Origin: an uncultured Gammaproteobacteria bacterium
GTDB taxonomy: Bacteria > Pseudomonadota > Gammaproteobacteria > SZUA-229
Length of the DNA stretch: 51,505 bases
NCBI GenBank assembly: GCA_937998645.1
Contig: CALLCZ010000021.1
Span: forward strand, 1 to 51,505
Direction of reading: 5' to 3'
Positions 26,698 to 36,201 of this stretch are shown in pieces. Numbering within the stretch: position 1 is the stretch's first letter; every line of letters begins with the position of its first letter. The position numbers and the translations under genes were made by a program. The notes beneath the pieces were generated by a model. It had not been told where the DNA came from and made no database searches. It saw only the letters and a list, made by a program, of their open reading frames with translations.

Positions 26698-27827
26698 GTG
26701 CTGACATGTTGCCACAAACCAGTGTTATGAACGAAAAGTCTGAACCTGTATACGAAGTCCTGATCGTCGACGATTCAGCTACTGTAGTTGCAACGGCTAA
26801 AAAAATGCTGGAAGAAAGTTATATCGTATCGACTGCTTCTAACGGGCAGGAAGCATGGGATATATTACAAAAAAACCTGTCGATAGCCATGGTATTTACT
26901 GACTTGCAAATGCCCGTGGTCAACGGTCTTGAGCTGCTGCTGAAAATACGTAATTCGAAAGATAGTCGGCTGGCGACGATGCCTGTCGTGATAGTGACTG
27001 GTAAATCTGATACGGCGGCGGGGAAGCAGGCAGTGTTCAACATCGGCGCAACAGATTTTATCGGCAAGCCGTTCAATTCGCTGGACCTGCTAACCAGGGC
27101 GAGAGCACATATCGATGGCAAGCAGATTAATCGGAGAAGAAGAATATCCGATGTGGTACAGGAAGAGCGTGATCTGCTTGCAAGCCCAAGTGCATTCCAT
27201 AGTATCGGTTGCCAGGCGCTTGAGTATGCAATTGAAAATAAAACCAGCTTTGTCGTTGTCTATATTGAGCTGGTTAATCTTGGTGAAATTGAAAGGCTGG
27301 TTGGAGATAAGAACGCAGCGGCAATATTTTTACAGATTGCTAAAGGGCTCAGCGAAACAATCAGGGATGAAGATGTTGCAACCCGGCTGGGTAAAAACAA
27401 ACTGGCTGTTATCTATACTCTTACCGGAGACAATGCTGACGCTGTTGTTGATCTCCTGGTCGAGCATATGAATGGCCTTGTGTTTGAACATGATGGCAAG
27501 TCATTAGACGTCGATATTGCATATGGTTATGAAAGTTCAAGTGCCTATGGAAAGAGCAGCACCTTTACTGAGATCTGTATGCGTGCCGATGAGAAACTGC
27601 AAATCTCAATAGGCAATGTTTCTGATGGTTTAAGCATGAGAAACGCAGTTCCTGGCATCGGTGAGAGTATTTTCAAAGGATTCAAATCGCGCGGTAAAAA
27701 AATAGGGCTCTGGTTTGCGCTCAAACATGTAATAGATGATGACTATGATGCAGTGCCTGAAGAACATCAATATGATCTTGTCAAGAGCATGAAGAAATAT
27801 CTCGAATATCTCGAAAGAAAAGCATGA
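26682..27827 (+). CDS. Response regulator: REC domain plus degenerate GGDEF domain (GKNKL in place of GGDEF, RxxD retained)
   Basis: REC residues: [18 protein letters not shown] and IGKPF. In the GGDEF-like domain the signature region reads [19 protein letters not shown]. Alternative starts at 26706 and 26727. Confidence 0.8.
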   Translation: MERVLGADMLPQTSVMNEKSEPVYEVLIVDDSATVVATAKKMLEESYIVSTASNGQEAWDILQKNLSIAMVFTDLQMPVVNGLELLLKIRNSKDSRLATMPVVIVTGKSDTAAGKQAVFNIGATDFIGKPFNSLDLLTRARAHIDGKQINRRRRISDVVQEERDLLASPSAFHSIGCQALEYAIENKTSFVVVYIELVNLGEIERLVGDKNAAAIFLQIAKGLSETIRDEDVATRLGKNKLAVIYTLTGDNADAVVDLLVEHMNGLVFEHDGKSLDVDIAYGYESSSAYGKSSTFTEICMRADEKLQISIGNVSDGLSMRNAVPGIGESIFKGFKSRGKKIGLWFALKHVIDDDYDAVPEEHQYDLVKSMKKYLEYLERKA

Positions 27828-27885
27828 CATATTGCATATCAATTAACGACATTACCAGCACCAATAGATATACTTAAAGCTACCT

Positions 27886-28467
27886 GTGCCAAACATAAAC
27901 GAAAATTCAGTTATAAATATTTCATCTGAGAATTTAAAGAGGCTTTCAGAAGAAATTAAATTTATCAGTGAAAATTCCAGCCAGGTAAATACTCTATCTG
28001 AAAGGGCGCGAGATAGCGCAGATCAGGGTGAACGGGCTCTGTCTGATGTTAGAAGCACGCTTGAATCCTTTGTCGAAAGCTCTGCGAAGATAAATGCATT
28101 TCTTGAGGAAATCAACCTGCTTACACAGCAGGTGCATATACTGGGTGTTAATGCTGCGATCGAGGCGGCCAGTGCGGGTAAGCACAGTGGTGGTTTTTCG
28201 ATTATTGCTGAAGAGATGCGCAGGATTGCTGCGAAGGTCAAGGAAACGTCAGCTAATATTTACGCAGTTCTGGAAAGTTCCGGTACATTGGCGAGCAATA
28301 CAGTCAACGCTATTCAGGCGGCAGGTGAAACTCTGGAGTTACTGGAAGTAAGTGCTAACCTTTCCATTGAATTATCAAGGTCTATTTCAGATATGGCGAA
28401 AATACGCCACGACGATCTGAAAACGTATCTGCCTGCAACTGTCACTGAGAATAACGATGACATGTAA
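27886..28467 (+). CDS. Soluble mini-MCP: a 193-aa protein that is only a short MCP signalling hairpin
   Basis: The tip region INLLTQQVHILGVNAAIEAASAGKHSGGFSIIAEEMRRIAAKVKE sits at the centre of the protein. No TM, HAMP or sensor domain. The only available start is GTG 27886, since an in-frame stop lies at 27865, and there is no clear SD. Confidence 0.62.
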   Translation: MPNINENSVINISSENLKRLSEEIKFISENSSQVNTLSERARDSADQGERALSDVRSTLESFVESSAKINAFLEEINLLTQQVHILGVNAAIEAASAGKHSGGFSIIAEEMRRIAAKVKETSANIYAVLESSGTLASNTVNAIQAAGETLELLEVSANLSIELSRSISDMAKIRHDDLKTYLPATVTENNDDM

Positions 28468-28502
28468 TAACAAAGCTGTCTGATAACTACGATATCTGAT
28501 GA

Positions 28503-29465
28503 ATGAGTATAGTCATGTCTGCTACCGAACCAAAAATCCGAAACGCTGCTACCGAGGTCCTGCAGCGTGCTGCTGATAATATCAGCAGAATCATACTGGG
28601 CAAAGACGAACAGATTCGCCTTGCATTGACCTGCCTGGTTGCCCGAGGTCACTTGTTGATCGAGGATCTGCCCGGTGTTGGTAAAACGACGCTGGCGCAT
28701 GCAATAGCTCAGGTTATGGGGCTTGATTTCCAGCGCATCCAGTTCACATCAGATTTGCTACCGGCCGATGTGCTTGGTGTGGCTGTGTATGATCGTGAAC
28801 GATCAGTTTTTGAATTTCACCAGGGTCCGATTTTTTCCAATTTTATTCTTGCTGATGAAATCAACCGTGCAACGCCAAAAACACAAAGCGCGCTGCTGGA
28901 AGCAATGGAGGAATCCCAGGTAACAGTTGATGGCGAGACACGCGACCTGCCGCAGCCATTTTTTGTCATTGCCACGCAAAATCCGATGCACCAGATCGGT
29001 ACCTATGCACTGCCTGAGTCCCAGCTCGATCGTTTCCTGATGCGTCTCCACCTTGGTTTTCCTGACAGGGAGGCGGAACGTGAATTGCTGCAGGGTGAAG
29101 AAAGGCGCGACATGATTGAACACATCAAGCCTGTTCTGGATGGTGTTCAACTCATTTCCATACAAAAACAGGCAGCAGGCATTCATGTTGCCGATGCATT
29201 ACTTGACTACGTTCAGTCTCTGCTGGAGTTCACCCGCAACTCTCCGATGTTCGAGTTTGGCCTCTCACCCCGCGGTGGCCTTGCCCTGCTCAATTCTGCC
29301 AGGGCACTGGCATTGATCGATGGCAGGGAATTTGTATTACCTGAGCACATCAAACAAGTACTGCCTGCTGTAGTCAATCATCGGCTCGTTAATACATCTG
29401 ATGAACTGGAAATAAAAAAACAGACGGCCGCAGACTTCATATCAGCATCAGTTCCTGTTCCTTGA
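28503..29465 (+). CDS. MoxR-family AAA+ ATPase
   Basis: Walker A LPGVGKTT and Walker B ILADEINRA, with typical MoxR sequence QSALLEAMEE.QVT. It starts 36 nt after the mini-MCP stop. Confidence 0.92.
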   Translation: MSIVMSATEPKIRNAATEVLQRAADNISRIILGKDEQIRLALTCLVARGHLLIEDLPGVGKTTLAHAIAQVMGLDFQRIQFTSDLLPADVLGVAVYDRERSVFEFHQGPIFSNFILADEINRATPKTQSALLEAMEESQVTVDGETRDLPQPFFVIATQNPMHQIGTYALPESQLDRFLMRLHLGFPDREAERELLQGEERRDMIEHIKPVLDGVQLISIQKQAAGIHVADALLDYVQSLLEFTRNSPMFEFGLSPRGGLALLNSARALALIDGREFVLPEHIKQVLPAVVNHRLVNTSDELEIKKQTAADFISASVPVP

Positions 29466-30454
29466 CGAGGCAACTCGTGTCTTTTGCATCAATATTCAGG
29501 CTTCCGGATTTCACGAGACAGCCTGCGTTCAGGTTTATTTCAAAGCGCAGTGGCCCATTCGACGGTGAAGTGACGCTGGATAAAAACCGGGTTTACATAT
29601 TACCAACAAAAACCGGAATTCTGTTCGGTGTGCTGTTAACCATCCTGCTGCTGGGCTCGGTCAATTACGGGAAGAGCCTCGGTTTTGTCCTGGTATTTCT
29701 ACTTGTGGGTGTTGGCAATGTCGTGATGTTTGCAACATGGAGGAATCTCGCAGGGTTGCGACTGCGGGCGGGTGGAAGCTCTCCAGTTTTTTCGGGCGAG
29801 GAAGCAACATTCGCGGTGCAACTGGAAAACAACGATCCGTCAGCACGTTATTCTATTGCGATCAGCCAGCATGGAAAAGAATACGAAGTTGTTGATGTGC
29901 CGGCAGACGGTGTCGGGCAAATTCATTTCAGAAAAAAAGCCGATCGGCGCGGCCTGCTCAGTGCGGGTCGTTTCCGTCTGTATACGGAGTTCCCCACCGG
30001 GTTGTTTGTAGCATGGACGTGGATCGAGTTGACCATGCAATGTGTTGTCTATCCTAAGCCGGTTGTAAATGCATCATTGCCTGCGGGTGATTCTATGGCA
30101 GATGGTGAAACTGTATTGAACGGTGCTGGTCTTGAGGAATACACGGGTCTGCGCAAGTACCAGGCAGGTGATTCATGGCGTCGGGTGTCGTGGAAAGCGA
30201 GTGCACGAAGCGATGAACTTTATACCAAGGAGTTTGCTGGAGGGCAGCCGGAGTTGCAATGGATCGAGTGGAAGGCAATCGCTGCCAGCGATGCTGAAGC
30301 GCGTCTTTCGATCATCACGCGGCTGGTGATTGATGCTGAAGCAGGGCGACGGTATTACGGGCTGAGAATGCCGAATATCGAACTATCTCCCGATCATGGC
30401 AACAGGCATTATCTGCAATGTTTAAAAGTCCTTGCTTTGTATGGTCACGAATAA
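29462..30454 (+). CDS. DUF58 family protein (MoxR partner)
   Basis: Overlaps the moxR stop. Two N-terminal TM segments. DUF58-like motif EYTGLRKYQAGDSWRRVSWKASAR. The start is TTG 29462 or GTG 29477. Confidence 0.85.
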   Translation: MTRQLVSFASIFRLPDFTRQPAFRFISKRSGPFDGEVTLDKNRVYILPTKTGILFGVLLTILLLGSVNYGKSLGFVLVFLLVGVGNVVMFATWRNLAGLRLRAGGSSPVFSGEEATFAVQLENNDPSARYSIAISQHGKEYEVVDVPADGVGQIHFRKKADRRGLLSAGRFRLYTEFPTGLFVAWTWIELTMQCVVYPKPVVNASLPAGDSMADGETVLNGAGLEEYTGLRKYQAGDSWRRVSWKASARSDELYTKEFAGGQPELQWIEWKAIAASDAEARLSIITRLVIDAEAGRRYYGLRMPNIELSPDHGNRHYLQCLKVLALYGHE

Positions 30455-32411
30455 CCACAGGCTGACCACGAAGCTTACCCCGGTGCTGTTGGGTATTCAC
30501 GTTGTTGCCATTCCGCTATATCCACACCTGCCTTTGCAGGTGCTGCTGGTCACAGCTGTTTTAACCTTATGGACATTGCTGATTATCAGTGGGCGGATTT
30601 CACAGCCCGGTCGATTTGTGATGCTGTTGTTAACGATGATGGTGCTCGCGGTTTTGATGCTGTCTTACGGCACCATACTGGGACAGCAGCCGGGTTCGGC
30701 CATGCTGCTGTTGCTCTCCTTCCTGAAGCTGTTCGAGATGAAATCCGCTCGGGACATCGCGATAGTGATATTTATGGGGCTATTCCTGATAGCGAGTAAA
30801 TTTTTCTACTCGCAAAGCCTGTTGATCGCAATCTATGTCTTTGTTGTCGTGGTGTACCTTACATCATTGCTGATCGTATTCAGCGACCGGCTGGGTACTA
30901 CGCGATTTAAAGCGCGAATGTACAAGTCGCTGCGCATGATTATCCAGGCGGTGCCTTTAATGCTGATACTTTTCGTGTTGTTTCCACGTATACCGTCGCC
31001 GTTATGGGGCGTGCCAAAGGATGCGGTGGCAGCAACAACGGGGATTTCTGATGAAATGTCACCCGGCAGTATTAATCGATTGATCGGTTCCGGGGAAGTT
31101 GCGTTTCGTGTGAAGTTTAATGGTGATCCGCCGACGCGTTCGGATCTGTACTGGCGCGGGCTGGTGTTGTCGAACTATGATGGCAGGACATGGCGTCTCG
31201 AAAACGCACCTGCTGAAGCTCTGCCGTTGCTTGTTCCCTCCGGTGATGAAAAATCCAGATACAGATATATCGTGATGCTGGAACCGCATAATCAGCGTTG
31301 GCTTTATGCGCTTGAGACCATGGTTGAATACGAAGGTCAGCTTGCTGTCACTCGAGAGATGCAGGTGCTGACGCGCAGTAATGTGATAGATGTTATCAGC
31401 TATAACATGCGTTCAGATATCAAAGCTGAGAATAGAGGCCTGTTTGAGCCTGAGCGCAGAAAGAACCTGGCTTTACCGGCTGGACTGAACAGCGAGAGCG
31501 TGAGTTTTGCCAGGGGATTATTCAAAAACTCGAATCGAGAAGACAGGACGTATATAGGAAATGTTCTGAAGCACTTTAGTGAAATGGGGTTTAAATACAC
31601 GTTATCACCACCGTTGCTGGGTGAGAACGCGATGGATGAGTTTTTGTTCGATACGCGCCGTGGTTTCTGTGAACACTTTGCCAGTGCATTTGTATACCTG
31701 ATGCGCGCGGCTGGCATACCATCGCGCGTTGTCATCGGTTACCAGGGTGGTGCCATGCATCCATTCGATGATTACATGATAGTGCGGCAGTCTGATGCAC
31801 ACGCATGGGCGGAAGTCTGGCTTGAAGACGAAGGCTGGGTGCGTGTTGATCCTACAGCAGCAGTATCGCCGACAAGGATTGAAGAAGGTATCGAACATGC
31901 TGGCCTTGAGCGCGGATTACTGCCCTCCATATTAATATCCGACAACGTAATAATTCAGCGTGCCCGTTTTATGTGGGACAGTTTTCATAACAACTGGAAC
32001 CAGTGGGTCGTCGGTTATAACCGCAAGCGCCAACAGGAGTTACTCGAGATGTTCGGATTTAACAATGCAACCAGCAGCGATCTCGCCATGTGGCTGGTGG
32101 TATCGATGACGCTGGCCGGCAGCCTCGTTGCATGGCTGGTAATTCGCAGAGAGTCCATAAAGCAAGTCGATATTATCAGGTTATATTACGACAGGTTTTG
32201 CCGAAAACTGGAGAGAGCCGGAGTACCGCATCGTTCAAATGAAGGCGCCACGGAGTTCATGGCTCGCGTGGTCAAAATATTCCCGGCGAACAAGCAGGAG
32301 CTGGCCATGATAACAGGCGATTATGAACACCTGCGCTATGGCGGTGTTGAAGATGAGAATCGCGTCAGGCGTTATATGCGCGCAGTCAGGCGTTTCAAGG
32401 TGAAGGGATAA
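30441..32411 (+). CDS. tgpA: Transglutaminase-like cysteine protease, TgpA-type (N-terminal polytopic DUF3488-like region plus TGase core)
   Basis: Six or more N-terminal TM segments. Catalytic triad context RRGFCEHFASAF (Cys), SDAHAWAEVW (His) and WVRVDPT (Asp). ATG 30441 overlaps the DUF58 gene end. Confidence 0.87.
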   Translation: MVTNNHRLTTKLTPVLLGIHVVAIPLYPHLPLQVLLVTAVLTLWTLLIISGRISQPGRFVMLLLTMMVLAVLMLSYGTILGQQPGSAMLLLLSFLKLFEMKSARDIAIVIFMGLFLIASKFFYSQSLLIAIYVFVVVVYLTSLLIVFSDRLGTTRFKARMYKSLRMIIQAVPLMLILFVLFPRIPSPLWGVPKDAVAATTGISDEMSPGSINRLIGSGEVAFRVKFNGDPPTRSDLYWRGLVLSNYDGRTWRLENAPAEALPLLVPSGDEKSRYRYIVMLEPHNQRWLYALETMVEYEGQLAVTREMQVLTRSNVIDVISYNMRSDIKAENRGLFEPERRKNLALPAGLNSESVSFARGLFKNSNREDRTYIGNVLKHFSEMGFKYTLSPPLLGENAMDEFLFDTRRGFCEHFASAFVYLMRAAGIPSRVVIGYQGGAMHPFDDYMIVRQSDAHAWAEVWLEDEGWVRVDPTAAVSPTRIEEGIEHAGLERGLLPSILISDNVIIQRARFMWDSFHNNWNQWVVGYNRKRQQELLEMFGFNNATSSDLAMWLVVSMTLAGSLVAWLVIRRESIKQVDIIRLYYDRFCRKLERAGVPHRSNEGATEFMARVVKIFPANKQELAMITGDYEHLRYGGVEDENRVRRYMRAVRRFKVKG

Positions 32412-32616
32412 TTAGATACACAATAGCCAAAAATTATTATCCACAAACGCTCGCAAATGAAAACACTTTAGTTGACAGTCGTCAGTTGCCCCTCAAACCC
32501 CGAATTATTCAAAATTTCACCAACCGGTTGAAATCGCAACCAAAAGCGGACGTTCAAACTAGGGAGGTTCAGTCTGACATCCATTGATGTCCCTATTGTT
32601 CTATTATTCTGAGGTC

Positions 32617-33516
32617 TCAATTCAGCAGCAATTTACGTATCGCTTGCTGTTGAGCTGCATCAATGCCTAAGCCTTCTGAAAAATAATTGTCAATCTCACC
32701 GTACCTGGTTTGCATTTCATCAAAAGCCGCATCGAGGTATTCCTTTTTGACGCCAAGGATCGCCCTGGGAATTTCTACATCTCCGCCAGCTGCAACGAAG
32801 TCATTGATGTGTTTCTTGTACGCCGTAAGAATGTAGTCATTACTGCGCAGGTAATCTTCTATAACTTTGTCTTCTGGCACACCTAAGAGCGTCAGCAGCG
32901 CTGCGCCAGCCCAGCCGGTGCGGTCCTTACCCGTTGTGCAATGAAATAAAGCCGGCAGTTGCTGTTTATCACCCATCGCCAGGAATAGTTTACGGAACTC
33001 CCGTTTTGCACTCGATAAGGAGACGAACTCACGATAGGACGCCTTGAAAGCTTCTTCTACCTTGCCACCACCTAGTTCGGCATTTGCTGTTTTCGGATCA
33101 GCCATGAGCTTCTCCAGTTGTGCTGGTCCTGCCTGGGGTGAATCGGCCAGCACATCGACCACCACGTAGTTAACACCCGGCGGCAGTTCCTCCGGGCGTT
33201 TGTTACGTTCTTCTGCTGTGCGTAAATCAAAGGCGTTCTTCAGTTTCAAACTTTCAAGTTGTTGCATGTCCTCCGGGCTGATGCCGCTGAGCTGATTGGA
33301 GCGATACACCAACCCACTAACGACAGTTTTACCATCCTTTGTTTTATAACCACCGAGATCACGCAGGTTCGGCACCGAAGTAATACCCAGGCTCTGTCCA
33401 GCTTGTACCTTTGTAGCTACATCGCTGTGTGCAACTGAAGAAATAACTGTCAGTGTCAGTGCAATAAAGACAAGCGCAATCGAATTAAAGGAATACTTGA
33501 AGTGAATATGTTTCAT
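32617..33516 (-). CDS. Secreted protein-tyrosine/dual-specificity phosphatase family protein
   Basis: Signal peptide ..ISSVAHS. CX5R P-loop in FHCTTGKDRTGWAG. Confidence 0.85.
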   Translation of the reverse strand: MKHIHFKYSFNSIALVFIALTLTVISSVAHSDVATKVQAGQSLGITSVPNLRDLGGYKTKDGKTVVSGLVYRSNQLSGISPEDMQQLESLKLKNAFDLRTAEERNKRPEELPPGVNYVVVDVLADSPQAGPAQLEKLMADPKTANAELGGGKVEEAFKASYREFVSLSSAKREFRKLFLAMGDKQQLPALFHCTTGKDRTGWAGAALLTLLGVPEDKVIEDYLRSNDYILTAYKKHINDFVAAGGDVEIPRAILGVKKEYLDAAFDEMQTRYGEIDNYFSEGLGIDAAQQQAIRKLLLN

Positions 33517-33560
33517 TTTCGAGCTCCTACTTAAGATTAAGCAAAACCTGGCTTTTCAGC

Positions 33561-34607
33561 TCACCTGCCGATGAACTTTCTTTGCGCTTCAATATTGTCG
33601 GCGGCTGCGAGAACGAGGTCCGCGATTCGGTAACCGGCCAGTGTCAGGCGCCGTTCAGACGTATCCTGCAGTTTTTCCCAGTATCCGTCAGGCAGCGGTG
33701 GGGCATCGTCAACCGGTGAAACCCCATTGAGTATGAAGTTGACCATGTTTTGCACCAGCTTTTCGGAAGGCTGATCCTTGTTCGGATCCGGCAGGGTCTC
33801 GAGGTCATAAGCCCAATCCAGCGCGACCTGGTGGCTTTCCTTCGCCCATTTCATAAAGGCGTTCGGGTCGCTGACTGGAGCCACCTTCAACTCGGGGAAA
33901 GCAGAACGCGGATATTTCTTCATGAATGCCTGCGCGTGCTTGTCAACCTCCGCCAATGAGGGGATACGCAGGTGATTACTATCCCAAAGTATGTGTAATG
34001 GTATAGGTGTCTTGGTCACCGGATCCATCACGTAACTCATCGTCGCACCCCCGTTGCCCGTTGGAAAGTCTTTCGAAAAGAGGTCACTGACGTGCATGGG
34101 TTGGTGAATATCGCCCGCAATATGTAGTACCCAGCATAGACCGAGCGCGCGCTCTGCAGGTGTAGATTCAGGATTAGCTATCATCGCATTATTGAGCGTC
34201 AAAGCCTCGATGGCCTGCCCAGCGGGCTTGCCATGGCGAGCCTCTGCTGCCGCCTTTACTTCAGGTGTGGCATCTTTCGCGACGATGGCCCAGCGTGCCG
34301 TATGCCAGGTCAGCCGATCATTTGGCGTGAATTTGCTATCGTCCGCCCAGCGTGCGCATTCAATGAACATACGCCGAACGCGCTCCTTGCCTTTGGCCTC
34401 ACCAGCCGCCACCCAGAAAGGTGCAGTGTCAGGGTGCTTCAGGAAGAGCAGTCCGATTTTATCAATCAGTTCGGGGCGTGCGCGCTCTATCTCCGAAAAC
34501 GCAATAGCTGCAGTCGTCATGTGACCTGGATGATCCCAGGCATATGAGTTCGGTGTAATAAAGCTGAAGAGCATGGCAGCAATAAATGTAGTTGATAGCT
34601 TAAACAT
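33561..34607 (-). CDS. Secreted S1/P1-family nuclease
   Basis: Signal peptide, then the mature N-terminus AWDHPGHMTTAAIAF (W-x-x-x-GH). Hallmark motif HIAGDIHQPMHV. Confidence 0.85.
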   Translation of the reverse strand: MFKLSTTFIAAMLFSFITPNSYAWDHPGHMTTAAIAFSEIERARPELIDKIGLLFLKHPDTAPFWVAAGEAKGKERVRRMFIECARWADDSKFTPNDRLTWHTARWAIVAKDATPEVKAAAEARHGKPAGQAIEALTLNNAMIANPESTPAERALGLCWVLHIAGDIHQPMHVSDLFSKDFPTGNGGATMSYVMDPVTKTPIPLHILWDSNHLRIPSLAEVDKHAQAFMKKYPRSAFPELKVAPVSDPNAFMKWAKESHQVALDWAYDLETLPDPNKDQPSEKLVQNMVNFILNGVSPVDDAPPLPDGYWEKLQDTSERRLTLAGYRIADLVLAAADNIEAQRKFIGR

Positions 34608-34837
34608 TTCTTTCTCTTCTTTAATAGTTAATTCAGTGCATCTTTGCGAAAAACCGGAAAACCATCCTCTGATTTTACCCTGCTACCATGGACACTCAGC
34701 TGAGAGTAGTTTGATGGATATTACCACCGTATAGTTGTCACAGGCTATGTTTGATGAGGGTCTGCTTTGGGTTGCGGTTTCAATCTAACCAATCAATATA
34801 CTTACTTACGGTTAGCTACACCACTTCTTCTGATTAT

Positions 34838-35308
34838 TTATTTCTCAGGGAAATCAGAAAAGCAGTCCTTTATATACGGCGACTTATACACAATGGTAGC
34901 AATTATTAGACTAAGTATTATTTGAATCCATCCAGTATTCATTATCTTATGCGAAGTACCAAGCCATAGTGGAACAAAGATTATGCACGCATGTAGTATT
35001 GCGGAAATTATCAATAGCGTTCTTCCTCTTGCCCAGATATTTCTAATCAATGGAGGAGCGTTTGGTGTTCGTTTAATCCATGCATAAATAATTAATACCG
35101 CAGGTATTCCGGCAAGCGCGCCCAAAGACAACATCAGTCTATCAGAGTAAAACATGTCTATTAGTTGCATTCTTTCGGTCATATTCACTACCGACAGCAA
35201 AGCTATAAAATAAGATTTCAATAAAAACAAAATAATTAACCACATTGTACCGTTCAATTTCAGGCTTATATTTTTGTCATAGCAATAAATGGGATATTTA
35301 TTCTGCAT
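34838..35308 (-). CDS. Small polytopic membrane protein (possibly DUF2919-like)
   Basis: The ATG at 35308 gives MQNKYPIYCYDKNISLKLNGTMWLIILFLLKSYF.., with 4 hydrophobic segments. The gene is very AT-rich. The family guess is from memory only. Confidence 0.5.
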   Translation of the reverse strand: MQNKYPIYCYDKNISLKLNGTMWLIILFLLKSYFIALLSVVNMTERMQLIDMFYSDRLMLSLGALAGIPAVLIIYAWIKRTPNAPPLIRNIWARGRTLLIISAILHACIIFVPLWLGTSHKIMNTGWIQIILSLIIATIVYKSPYIKDCFSDFPEK

Positions 35309-35522
35309 TATTTGATTTGGATTGGAGTCTCTATTGCAATATAGCCTAAAATATTTAATCCAAAACACAATGCATCTTTAAAAATATAGGATTCAAAACA
35401 CAATTATCTACGTCAGCTTTGGGTCGACAGCGGAAGTCTGAACCAGGAAACGAGGATTAATATAAACAAAATGATCGCCCCCCTCTGAACAACCAATAAG
35501 AGACGTTCAGCACATATAATAA

Positions 35523-35548
35523 CGGCCCCGGAAGGGGCCGCTTTTGTT
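35523..35548 (-). terminator. GC-rich hairpin terminator (potentially bidirectional) after the PEP-CTERM gene
   Basis: CGGCCCC-GGAA-GGGGCCG. It is followed by CTTTTGTT on the plus strand and by TTATTATAT on the minus strand. It lies 15 nt beyond the stop at 35563. Confidence 0.55.
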
Positions 35549-35562
35549 CAAGCTATATAAAA

Positions 35563-36201
35563 CTATGATCTCTTTCGTCTGGCAATGCCGATTAAACCGA
35601 TAAGACCGGAACCGAATAACCAGACTGCAGCAGGGACTGGCACTGGATTAAAGTCGAGGTTATCCAGCATTATCGTAGCCTCATGTATTGAAAGATCTAC
35701 TTTAGTAATGTTACCGAGGCCGGAAAAATCTAGATGGCCGCTATAAAATGTAGCACCAGTCTGAGACAGGAATATGTCCCCAGGAGGAGGAAAGAATCCT
35801 TCAAAAATCAGCCCGCTGTTATCATAAATACTTACGGTTAGTGGCAATTCCCCAGCTGCCGCAGGTGTTGCATAATCAAATGACACACTATCGACGGGAG
35901 TGGTGAAATCCAGCTCCAGCAGTGTAGTAACTTCTGCAATAGAACCAACATTAACATGGTAACCAGATATGGCAGTACCTACGTTTGCAGCGTCAACCTC
36001 ATTGACAAAAGCGCCATTAGGCGTCTCTGATGTGCTAATCAAGACACCATCATATTCGTCAGCCAAGAAAAAGTCGCCCAACCCTGTATAAGACGTGCCA
36101 TCCTGTTTTGTATCAAAATCCAAAAGGACAGCGTTAGTCGCTGTCGAGCCCAGCAGTAAACCACTAGTGATAATTACACCAAGTACGTGCTTATTGATCA
36201 T
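35563..36201 (-). CDS. PEP-CTERM sorting-domain protein
   Basis: Signal peptide. The C-terminus VPVPAAVWLFGSGLIGLIGIARRKRS matches the PEP-CTERM motif followed by a TM segment and a basic tail. ATG 36201 is preceded by AGGAAGGAG. Confidence 0.85.
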   Translation of the reverse strand: MINKHVLGVIITSGLLLGSTATNAVLLDFDTKQDGTSYTGLGDFFLADEYDGVLISTSETPNGAFVNEVDAANVGTAISGYHVNVGSIAEVTTLLELDFTTPVDSVSFDYATPAAAGELPLTVSIYDNSGLIFEGFFPPPGDIFLSQTGATFYSGHLDFSGLGNITKVDLSIHEATIMLDNLDFNPVPVPAAVWLFGSGLIGLIGIARRKRS

